From Bacilli bacterium (GTDB taxonomy: Bacteria > Bacillota_I > Bacilli_A > RF39 > UBA660): DNA of 48,715 nucleotides. The translations under genes were made by a program, and so were the position numbers. The stretch is from the NCBI GenBank assembly GCA_007116005.1, contig SKJH01000043.1:1-48715 (forward strand), written 5' to 3'. The notes beneath the pieces were generated by a model. The model searched no databases. It worked only from the letters and a program-made list of their open reading frames with translations, and had not been told where the DNA came from. Position 1 is the stretch's first letter. Each line of letters begins with the position of its first letter. Of this stretch, positions 29,101-35,682 are shown one piece after another.

Positions 29101-30887
29101 ATAAAGATAATAATTCTATAATAATGAAAAACGTATATAATAGAAATTTTAGAGATTTAAGGGTCTTTATAACATCAACAGAAGAAATTAAGAGAATGGA
29201 TTTAAATGATGTAGTAAATAAATCCGTTGGAGTTACATTTGATATAGATTCATTAAAATCTAAAAACATTACATTCATGATAGGATGTAATAATGAAATT
29301 GATAAATTAATCAAAAAATTTAATTGTGTTAAAAAAATAGTTGATGAATTTACTAGTGTTACTGATTATTGGACTGAAAAATTATCATTGATAAAAGTAA
29401 AAACTCCAGACAAATCGTTTGATTATATAATGAATGGATGGTATTTATATCAAAATTATGCATCTAGATTATATGCTAGATCAGGTTTTTATCAAGCAGG
29501 TGGTGCTTTTGGATTTAGAGATCAATTACAAGATTGTATGAGTATTATATATAGTGATCAAGAGCATGCAAGAAGTCAAATATTGAGAAATTCTAGTCAT
29601 CAGTTTACTGAAGGTGATGTACTTCACTGGTGGCATGAAGAATTAATGTTTGGATCAAGAACTAAATTCTCAGATGATTATTTGTGGCTTGTTTATGTTA
29701 CTTTTGAATATTTAAAAATTACTGAGGATTATTCTATATTAGATGAAAAAACTCCTTTTGTAGAAGGAGAACCCTTAAGAGAAGATGAAAGTGAAAAAGG
29801 AATAAATTATTGGTACAGTAGTGAAGAGATAACTTTATATGATCATTTGAAACTTTGTATTGAAAAAGCAACTAGTAAATATGGAGAACATGGATTACCG
29901 CTTATGGGTAGTGGTGATTGGAATGATGGAATGAACAAAGTTGGTATTAAAGGAAAAGGAGAAAGTGTTTGGGTTGGATTTTTCTTATATGATATATTAG
30001 AAAAATTTGTAGAAATAGCAGAATATAAGAAAGAAAAAGAAGACTTTATAAAAACATGTAAGAAAAATGCTTCTAAGTTAAAACGTGCTCTTAATTTAAG
30101 AGCTTGGGATGGTCTTTGGTATTTAAGAGCTTTCTTTGACAATGGAGAACCTTTAGGATCAAAAAGAAATAAAGAATGTCAAATTGACTTAATTTCACAA
30201 TCATGGAGTATATTAACTGGTATAGCTAATAAAGATAAACAAGAACTTATGCTTGAAGAAGTAGAAAATAGATTAGTTGATAATGAAAATAAAATAATAA
30301 AATTATTAACGCCTCCATTTAAAAAGTTGGAAACGAATCCTGGTTATATAAGTTATTATATTCCAGGTGTAAGAGAAAATGGAGCGCAATATACACATGC
30401 TGCGTTATGGTATATATTAAGTTTATTAAAAATAGGTAAAGTAGAAAAAGCATATGAATATTATTCTATGATTAATCCTATAAATAGAACGCTTGATAAA
30501 GAATCAGTTGAAAAATATAAAACAGAACCTTATGTTATATCAGCAGATGTTTATTCTAATGAACAACATGCTGGTAGAGGAGGTTGGACTTGGTATACTG
30601 GTTCAAGTAGTTGGGCCTATAAGATTGGTTTAGAAGAGATTATAGGATTTAAATTAAGAGGAGACAAGTTAACTATAAATCCAAAAATAAATCCAGATTG
30701 GACTTCATTTGAAATTACATATAAATATAAATCAACTGTTTATAATATAACTGTTGATAATAAATATCATGTATCTAGTGGTGTAAAAGAAGTTTTATTA
30801 GATAATAAAAAACAACAAGATAATATTATAGAACTAAAAGATGATAAAAAAGAACATATTGTAATTATAAGTATGGGAGGCAAATAA
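23193..30887 (+). CDS. cgs: cyclic beta-1,2-glucan synthase-like multidomain protein (GT84 transferase + glucoamylase-like (alpha/alpha)6 domain + GH94 phosphorylase)
   Basis: ATG at 23193 after GTGGAGG. About 6 TM segments flank a GT-A domain (VVIPT.., ITLDADTQ about 24779, HQRWTRGDWQ about 25221-25253). The middle domain has YRTSPTNIGF, VSTVDSGNF and AHHQGM. The C-terminal GH94 signatures are GGAFGFRDQLQD (about 29500), SGDWNDGMN (about 29914), VRENGAQYTHAALW and GGWTWYTGSSSW. Confidence 0.85.
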   Translation: MEKMTFIKKNLYITKYYKKLITYTKQNKNVGSVNEWIIDNYYLISEQQKIIKQELKSTKNIRKVRKDELYSLVYKILSENDFEITSSVFFNKINDYQLSKDIFFSYDEINFIHLLIRVLIIYELCDLCKKLNTRLDEKENINNLFSTINNNRYNKGFDIEDYITIDESILESPYYIEELSYKLNELGQLTEDTFMSLNELLIANNKSLKNIIKIEHDSMTKESVLMKNLFKLLSKTNHYKFEYFYNNISYTEKELTKEKIGIFDSMDDPTKSEYRDRIKKLVKKSKMQEYYFIKELVEEANRENTHIGFYLFKEPNYNLRSVIYITSIMFFTLLISFVMSFYMGVIAFLLLIIPVCSLVVEIINKIIFKFSKPHGLFSMKIEGNLKEEHSTMVVIPTIVNSEEKIEKMFNNLEIYYLANKSKNLYFTLLGDCKSAKEKTIPLDEKMVKAGMKKAKELNEKYKSNIFHFVYRNRFYNDSEECFLGYERKRGALMHFNGLLLNKYDEKEKSEYFRCHTFDDFNKTIKYVITLDADTQLLLNTALKLVGTMIHPMNTPVLSPDNKKVIKGYGLIQPKVGIDVNVTNKSIYSQLFAGLGGLDVYSSKTFDFYQDVFGEGSFVGKGIYDLDVFEKILDNAFPKNLILSHDLIEGNYVRAGYASDIELFDDFPSKYLNDAIRHQRWTRGDWQVISWLKKKVKNENNDVVSNPTSKIGKWKIFDNLRRSLRSLFLLSVIFYGFSIGKNDPSIYAIFVAAVIATPILFYLLNQLFVINKVNLRLKYYLNLIRGLYAVINKSLIVLALLPYEAYLYSSAIVKSLYRMNISKKNLLNWITAEEVEATSKNTLSNYIKNFKPNYIAAILLLVVTYIFRTQNLYLAISIALIWFFAPILMYNISRDFKEDKKSLDEDMIDDVKEIARRTWKFFDKFLTDEYNYLIPDNYQLNRLKKADYRTSPTNIGFSLVSIISACELKIISERETIDKITNVINSVEELTKWNGHLFNWYNIYNKKEIQPFFVSTVDSGNFVACLYVLKGFLEKRNKNNDLIERVKNLIDDTNFLKLYNTDLDVFSGGYNVDDGELLNYHYDKFASETRIGSFVAIAKGDVPYKHWFHLDKTLTKYKCYKGIASWSGTMFEYYMPLIFMKTYKHTLLDEAYLFSSYVQKQYIKQVNPSLPWGISESAYNELDDAQNYKYQAFGVPYLKFRDTNRTPIVISPYGSIMSISKNDMDVYNNIKKLKKIDMYDEYGFYEAYDNEDESVVKVYYAHHQGMILSSLTNYLNNNIIQEYFHTDKKVQAMEILLKEKVQIKPYIDLKISKYKKFDYKREDYKNDIREQVGVMPIPEMGVLSNGFYSILINDRGVGFSKYKNLQINRYRKISDENYGTFMFIKNKHNNKIWSNTYSPSNKEPDKYHAVFASDCIKYMREDDNIITNTEIIVVKDHTAEIRKITIENNNYHDVSLELTSYGEVIMSRNEEDVVHRTFNSITIDSEIDYNTSSLIFKRTSRTKRNTEYFVVHRMFYDNDNSRFEFETSREKFVGRNNVITNADVIVENKPLSCSEVSPIDPIMSVRKTIDIKSNDKKVIYLLTGFGKSKEQIMEIVDKYKDKKTVDNAFDTAKVMNNMRNSYSNFTGYQLRVYNLIIKYLYQTAPINEDRRKVLAANNLSQQDLWKFGVSGDIPIMLVSIDSVENLGFIKQALQAFEFCKSRTMYIDVVIINGENNNKSKIVKSYVDNLIYRIDNLNYFENSLGNVHIINKEDISDNEMVLLKTITRLYLNASSDKSFEEQILGFDDEIELDKDNKGIKLIENKKAELPENIEFYNGYGGFVNNGTEYIIDKNNTPMPWVNVLSNKTFGSIVSNNLGGYTYAYNSREYKITSWSNDPVSDPNSEAFIVNGRKFTPNLTKHGFGYTIFESETNEYKITIKVFVGLSDNIKFYNMDIENKLNEKQLFDIDFITKLVLGTSEELTNRHILSEFDKDNNSIIMKNVYNRNFRDLRVFITSTEEIKRMDLNDVVNKSVGVTFDIDSLKSKNITFMIGCNNEIDKLIKKFNCVKKIVDEFTSVTDYWTEKLSLIKVKTPDKSFDYIMNGWYLYQNYASRLYARSGFYQAGGAFGFRDQLQDCMSIIYSDQEHARSQILRNSSHQFTEGDVLHWWHEELMFGSRTKFSDDYLWLVYVTFEYLKITEDYSILDEKTPFVEGEPLREDESEKGINYWYSSEEITLYDHLKLCIEKATSKYGEHGLPLMGSGDWNDGMNKVGIKGKGESVWVGFFLYDILEKFVEIAEYKKEKEDFIKTCKKNASKLKRALNLRAWDGLWYLRAFFDNGEPLGSKRNKECQIDLISQSWSILTGIANKDKQELMLEEVENRLVDNENKIIKLLTPPFKKLETNPGYISYYIPGVRENGAQYTHAALWYILSLLKIGKVEKAYEYYSMINPINRTLDKESVEKYKTEPYVISADVYSNEQHAGRGGWTWYTGSSSWAYKIGLEEIIGFKLRGDKLTINPKINPDWTSFEITYKYKSTVYNITVDNKYHVSSGVKEVLLDNKKQQDNIIELKDDKKEHIVIISMGGK

Positions 30888-32107
30888 TGATAAAGTTTGA
30901 CTTTGAGACTTATAGAAAAAATATAATATCAGATGATGAAATAAGATCTTATGATAATAAATTAGCTACACTTAATTCTTATTTTGATAAACATAAGAAC
31001 TTAATGGGATGGTTTGATGTAAATTCTTTGAAAAATAGTAATTTAATAGAGGATATAAATGAAACTAGTAAATATATTAAAAGAAATTGTGATGTTTTTC
31101 TTGTTGTAGGGATAGGCGGTTCATATTTAGGGTCTTTATCTGTAATAGAGGCTCTAGTTCCTTATTTCTATAATGATGTGAATAAACCTGAAATACATTT
31201 TATGGGGACGTCATTATCTTCTGAATATATTAATGATTTAAAGGAATTAATAATAAATAAAGATATTATTGTGAATTTCATATCCAAATCGGGTTCTACT
31301 TTTGAAACTATTATAACTTATAATCTGGTAATGGAAATGATGAGTTCTAAATATGAAAAAGAGGAATTAAGTAAACGTATTATAATTACTACAGAAGATA
31401 GTGAAAACAAGTTATTTAATGATGCAAAAGAAAATAATTATAAGCTGTTTAATATTCCTGAAGATATAGGCGGAAGATATTCAGTTTGTACATCAGCAGG
31501 TTTATTACCTATAGCAGTATCAGGTATAAATATAAATGAATTAATAGATGGTTCTATTGATTCGATGAAAAGTATGGATAACCAAATAAAATATGCTGTT
31601 ATTAGGGATATAATGAGAAAAAAGGGAAAAAATGTAGAGGTATTTGTAGTGTATGAACCTAAATTATATGCTTTTACTGAATGGATAAAACAACTATATG
31701 CTGAATCACTTGGAAAAAACGAAGGTGGAATTCTACCTATAGGTATGATAAATACTAGAGACCTACATTCTTTAGGTCAATATATACAAGAGGGTAGCAG
31801 GATTTTATTTGAAACTGTTATAAATATAGAAAGTAGTAGTAAAGATATATATATAAAAGAGTATGAAAAAGGATTAAATGATATAAATAATATAGCATCA
31901 TCATCTACAAGTATTTCACATTACAAAGTTAATGTTTTAAATAATATAATAAATTTAGATGCATTAAATACTTATAACATAGGTTATTTATTACAATTTT
32001 TTATGGTATCTTGTGTTGTTAGTGCACATCTGCAAGATGTAAATGCCTTTGATCAAGAAGGGGTTTCTGAATATAAAAATGTAATGAATCAACAATTAAT
32101 ACGATAA
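30887..32107 (+). CDS. pgi: glucose-6-phosphate isomerase (short form)
   Basis: GIGGSYLG, SKSGST.ET and GGRYSV motifs. The start overlaps the cgs stop (TAATG). SD GGGAGG lies within the cgs 3' end. Confidence 0.85.
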   Translation: MIKFDFETYRKNIISDDEIRSYDNKLATLNSYFDKHKNLMGWFDVNSLKNSNLIEDINETSKYIKRNCDVFLVVGIGGSYLGSLSVIEALVPYFYNDVNKPEIHFMGTSLSSEYINDLKELIINKDIIVNFISKSGSTFETIITYNLVMEMMSSKYEKEELSKRIIITTEDSENKLFNDAKENNYKLFNIPEDIGGRYSVCTSAGLLPIAVSGININELIDGSIDSMKSMDNQIKYAVIRDIMRKKGKNVEVFVVYEPKLYAFTEWIKQLYAESLGKNEGGILPIGMINTRDLHSLGQYIQEGSRILFETVINIESSSKDIYIKEYEKGLNDINNIASSSTSISHYKVNVLNNIINLDALNTYNIGYLLQFFMVSCVVSAHLQDVNAFDQEGVSEYKNVMNQQLIR

Positions 32108-32153
32108 ATTCCTACAAAAAATTCCAATTTTTTTAAAAATACATATAAAAGTA

Positions 32154-32182
32154 TTGATTTTGATGTTTAAAAGTGATATTTT
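32154..32182 (+). promoter_or_regulatory. candidate sigma-A promoter of the HU gene (TTGATT-17-TGaTATTTT)
   Basis: TTGATT at 32154-32159, 17-nt spacer, TATTTT at 32177-32182 with an upstream TG. Confidence 0.4.
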
Positions 32183-32233
32183 ATAAGTATGAGCATAGAT
32201 TGTTATGCTTAAGAAAGGTTGGGAGGTAATATT

Positions 32234-32506
32234 ATGTCAAAAGCAGAATTAGTAGAAATGATGGCAGAGAAGGCAGGTTTAACAAAAGCTGATGCAGCTC
32301 GTGCATTAGACGCATTCATGGAGGGAGTAACTACAGGTCTTAAAAAAGAAGAAAAAGTAACTCTAGTTGGATTTGGAACATTTTCTTCTAAAAAGAGAGA
32401 GGCTCGTACAGCTCGTAATCCTCAAACTGGGGAAACTGTTAAGATTCCTGCAAGAAACGTTGTTTCTTTCAAAGTTGGAAGCAAATTAAAAGAAGCTGTA
32501 AACTAA
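32234..32506 (+). CDS. hup: DNA-binding protein HU
   Basis: MSKAELVE...[29 protein letters not shown] at 32234 after GGGAGG (the ORF-track TTG at 32219 was rejected). Confidence 0.93.
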   Translation: MSKAELVEMMAEKAGLTKADAARALDAFMEGVTTGLKKEEKVTLVGFGTFSSKKREARTARNPQTGETVKIPARNVVSFKVGSKLKEAVN

Positions 32507-32514
32507 TAAAAAAA

Positions 32515-32542
32515 AGATAAGGTTAATCCTTATCTTTTTTTT
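32515..32542 (+). terminator. intrinsic terminator after the HU gene
   Basis: AGATAAGG-TTAAT-CCTTATCT followed by T8. Confidence 0.8.
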
Positions 32543-32628
32543 GATATATTATATATAAATATATTAAGGATATAAATCATACTTTTATATTGTTTGATGT
32601 TCGTGTTATAATTATAGAGGTGAGAATA

Positions 32629-33714
32629 ATGTTAGAAACTAGTTTGGAACTGTTAAAAAAAATAGAAAAAAATGGCTTTGAGTGTTATATAGTAGGTGGA
32701 TTTGCTAGAGATTATTATATGAAAAAGAAGTCTTGTGATGTTGATATATGTACAAATGCTAAGCCTAGGGATTTAATGAAAATATTTGATAATGCAACTT
32801 TACCTAAAGAACAATATGGTGCATTGACACTATTCTATAAGGGAATAAGATTTGAAATAACTACATATAGAAAAGAAATAAAATATATAAATAGAAAACC
32901 AATAGAAATAGAGTACATAAACGATTTATACGAGGATCTTACTAGAAGGGATTTTACTATCAATACTCTTTGTATTAATAGTAAAGGAGAAATAAAAGAT
33001 ATATTAAATGGTATCTATGATATAAATAGAAAACTTATAAAAGTTGTTGGTGATGCAAATAGTAAGTTTAAAGAAGATCCACTTAGAATGTTAAGAGCAA
33101 TAAGATTTGCAACTCAGTTAAATTTTAAACTGGATAAAAGTATTATAAAGGGTATAAAAGAAAATGCACATGTTTTAAATGAGTTATCATTTCAAAGAAA
33201 AAAAGATGAATTAAATAAAATATTTGCAAGTACGAATATTAAGTGCGGAATTAAACTTATAAGTGATTTAGGCTTAGATAAATATTTGAATTTAAATAAT
33301 ATGAAAAATGTAAAGCTTACTACTGATATAATTGGTATCTGGGCACAACTTGATGTTTTAGATATATTTCCTTTTACACAGTTAGAAAAAAACAATATTT
33401 TAAAACTTAATGATATTGTAAAAAGAAATAAAATAGATAGATATACTTTATATAAACATGGCTTATATTTGTGTACTATAGCAGCAGAAATTATGGGTAT
33501 AAATAGACGCAATATCATAAAAATGGAAAAAAAGTTATCAATACATTCAAAAAAAGATATAAATATTTCTGGTGATGAAATTTGTAAGTTGTTAAATAAG
33601 GAACCTGGAAAATGGTTGGGAGAATTGTATTCTGATATTGAATTGAAAATAATATTATCAAAATTACAAAATAACAATAAAAAAATCAAACAATATATTA
33701 TAAAAAATAATTAA
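32629..33714 (+). CDS. cca: CCA-adding tRNA nucleotidyltransferase
   Basis: GGFARDYYM..DVDI and RRDFTINTL motifs. ATG at 32629 after AGAGGTGA. Confidence 0.85.
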   Translation: MLETSLELLKKIEKNGFECYIVGGFARDYYMKKKSCDVDICTNAKPRDLMKIFDNATLPKEQYGALTLFYKGIRFEITTYRKEIKYINRKPIEIEYINDLYEDLTRRDFTINTLCINSKGEIKDILNGIYDINRKLIKVVGDANSKFKEDPLRMLRAIRFATQLNFKLDKSIIKGIKENAHVLNELSFQRKKDELNKIFASTNIKCGIKLISDLGLDKYLNLNNMKNVKLTTDIIGIWAQLDVLDIFPFTQLEKNNILKLNDIVKRNKIDRYTLYKHGLYLCTIAAEIMGINRRNIIKMEKKLSIHSKKDINISGDEICKLLNKEPGKWLGELYSDIELKIILSKLQNNNKKIKQYIIKNN

Positions 33715-33744
33715 ATACATACTTTATAACGAGGTGTATTTTTT

Positions 33745-34380
33745 ATGAAAAAAAGTTATATATATATATCTATGTTTTTAATATATATTTTTTTGAATAT
33801 AAATATTTTTGCAGTTTCTACACAAAAAATTGATTTTGAGTTAAAATCTAATGAAATAGCATTAACATTTGTAGATGATAATTTGTTAATAAGCAATAAC
33901 TATAGCAATGATTTTTTAATATTAAATAAAAAAGGTTATGATTTATCAAAGTTTAAGACAAATAATTTAGGTATAATTTTATTAGATGAAAATACTAGTG
34001 TTGATATTGAGTATGAAAATAAATATGTATTATCAAATGATTTAAATGTAAATAATGTTAATTATAATGTTGATAACAATATTGTTAGTTTGAAATATAA
34101 AGATATTTTATTTTGTATATATATTGATCAAACTGCAGTTGTTAATAATTCCAAAAATTGTAATTTTTTGTATTTATATAATACTAGTGATGTAAAACAC
34201 ATAAATGTTAATGAAAAATTAGATATTATTTTTTTGAATGAAAATGCTTCTATTCCAAATTATTTTTTAGAGGATATTTATAGTAAGTGGGTAGATATAT
34301 ATGATATTAACAAAAATAATTATCTAACTTTAAAATTAGATGATAAAGAATATACAATGTTAATAATTCCAAATGATTAA
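33745..34380 (+). CDS. hypothetical secreted/N-terminally anchored Asn-rich protein
   Basis: N-terminal hydrophobic signal (YISMFLIYIFLNINIFA). No recognisable motif. Confidence 0.5.
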   Translation: MKKSYIYISMFLIYIFLNINIFAVSTQKIDFELKSNEIALTFVDDNLLISNNYSNDFLILNKKGYDLSKFKTNNLGIILLDENTSVDIEYENKYVLSNDLNVNNVNYNVDNNIVSLKYKDILFCIYIDQTAVVNNSKNCNFLYLYNTSDVKHINVNEKLDIIFLNENASIPNYFLEDIYSKWVDIYDINKNNYLTLKLDDKEYTMLIIPND

Positions 34381-34414
34381 TTTAATGTTATAATGTATAT
34401 AGGAAGTGATAATT

Positions 34415-35062
34415 ATGAACAGTAAAATTATTGATATATTAAAAGGAAAAACATATACTATTCCTGAGTATTTATTAAATAATTATAAATCGCTGGGTAT
34501 TAGTAGTGATGAATTTATAATCTTAATATATTTAATTAATAAAGAGAATCCTATAATATGTGATTATAAATTGATGTCAAATAATTTAAATGTATCACTA
34601 AAAGATTTGATGATTTTTATAAATTCTTTAAAAGATAAAGGAATTTTAGATATAAATATAAATAAAAATAAAGAAGATGTATTAGAGGAATATATTATAT
34701 TAGATCCTTTCTATAATAAGTTGTTTATGTTTTTAATAGATGAGAAAGACAAAGTTAATAGCGATACGAATTTATATTCAATTTTTGAAACAGAACTTGG
34801 TAGGACTCTTTCTCCAATTGAATATGAATTAATAAATGGATGGATAGAATGTAAATATGACGAAAAATTGATATTAGAGGCTTTAAAAGAGGCTGTATAC
34901 AATGGGGTTAATAATTTTAGGTATATAGATAGAATACTGTTTGAATGGAATAAAAAAGGAATTAAAACAGTAGAAGCTGCTAAAAAACATAAAGAACAGT
35001 TTAGGGTTCAAAAGGAAAATGATATTGAAGTTCCTGATTATGATTGGTTAAATAATGAATAG
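34415..35062 (+). CDS. dnaD: replication initiation/membrane attachment protein DnaD
   Basis: C-terminal DnaD-domain signature LSPIEYELINGW....Y....ILEALKEAV.....NFRYIDRIL..W...G. ATG at 34415. Followed by nth, as in B. subtilis. Confidence 0.8.
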   Translation: MNSKIIDILKGKTYTIPEYLLNNYKSLGISSDEFIILIYLINKENPIICDYKLMSNNLNVSLKDLMIFINSLKDKGILDININKNKEDVLEEYIILDPFYNKLFMFLIDEKDKVNSDTNLYSIFETELGRTLSPIEYELINGWIECKYDEKLILEALKEAVYNGVNNFRYIDRILFEWNKKGIKTVEAAKKHKEQFRVQKENDIEVPDYDWLNNE

Positions 35063-35672
35063 AATATTTTCATATTTAGATGAATTATATAATGATCCTA
35101 AGTGTGAACTTTATTTTAATAATGATTTCGAATTTTTGATTGCTGTTGTATTAAGTGCACAAACTACTGATAAAAAGGTTAATAAAGTTACAAGAGATTT
35201 ATTTAAAAAGTATGACATAACCACTTTAAAAGATGCTGATATAAAGGAAATAGAGATTATCTTAAAGCCTATTGGTATTGCTCATAATAAAGCTAAATAT
35301 ATAATAGAAATATCTAGGGAATTATATTATAAATATAATTCAGTTGTTCCAGATAATTTTCTGGAATTAACAAAACTTAGTGGAGTAGGAAGAAAGAGTG
35401 CTAATTTAGTATTGTCTACAATATATAATAAACCCTTAATAGCAGTAGATACTCATGTTAGTAGAGTTTCTAAAAGATTAGGGATTGCTTTAAAAAAAGA
35501 TTCGTTATTAACGGTTGAAAAGAAATTGTATAAAGTAATTCCTAAAAATAGATTATTAAAGACACATCATCAACTAGTTTTATTTGGTAGATATAGATGT
35601 AAGGCAATTAAGCCTATGTGTAAAAATTGTAAATTGAATAATATATGCAAGTATGAAAAAAGGAATGTTTAA
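35055..35672 (+). CDS. nth: endonuclease III
   Basis: HhH-GPD motif (L..LSGVGRKSANLVL), DTHV, and C-terminal Cys cluster C-x6-C-x2-C-x5-C. Overlaps the dnaD end by 8 nt. Confidence 0.9.
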   Translation: MNRIFSYLDELYNDPKCELYFNNDFEFLIAVVLSAQTTDKKVNKVTRDLFKKYDITTLKDADIKEIEIILKPIGIAHNKAKYIIEISRELYYKYNSVVPDNFLELTKLSGVGRKSANLVLSTIYNKPLIAVDTHVSRVSKRLGIALKKDSLLTVEKKLYKVIPKNRLLKTHHQLVLFGRYRCKAIKPMCKNCKLNNICKYEKRNV

Positions 35673-35682
35673 TTACATTCCT
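35661..35682. terminator. shared hairpin enclosing the convergent nth and ponA stop codons
   Basis: AGGAATGT (35661-35668) / ACATTCCT (35675-35682) with loop TTAATT. A5 precedes the stem, giving a T-run on the minus strand. Confidence 0.45.

Noticed and set aside
787-30142. The remaining short antisense ORFs in the track. Minus strand: 787-987, 1204-1401, 2040-2225, 2958-3188, 4725-4964, 6025-6237, 9702-9899, 10166-10363, 11090-11350, 15866-16063, 19927-20145, 20051-20257, 25526-25714, 29081-29314, 29843-30142, 34711-34902. Plus strand: 35714-35911, 37020-37232, 38716-38931, 45093-45347.
   Set aside because: Each is nested antisense within a CDS carrying clear family motifs. None has an SD-start arrangement like the real genes here.
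33192-33689. 165-aa minus-strand ORF inside cca
   Set aside because: It is antisense to the CCA-adding enzyme gene. This is a compositional artefact with no SD or recognisable motif.
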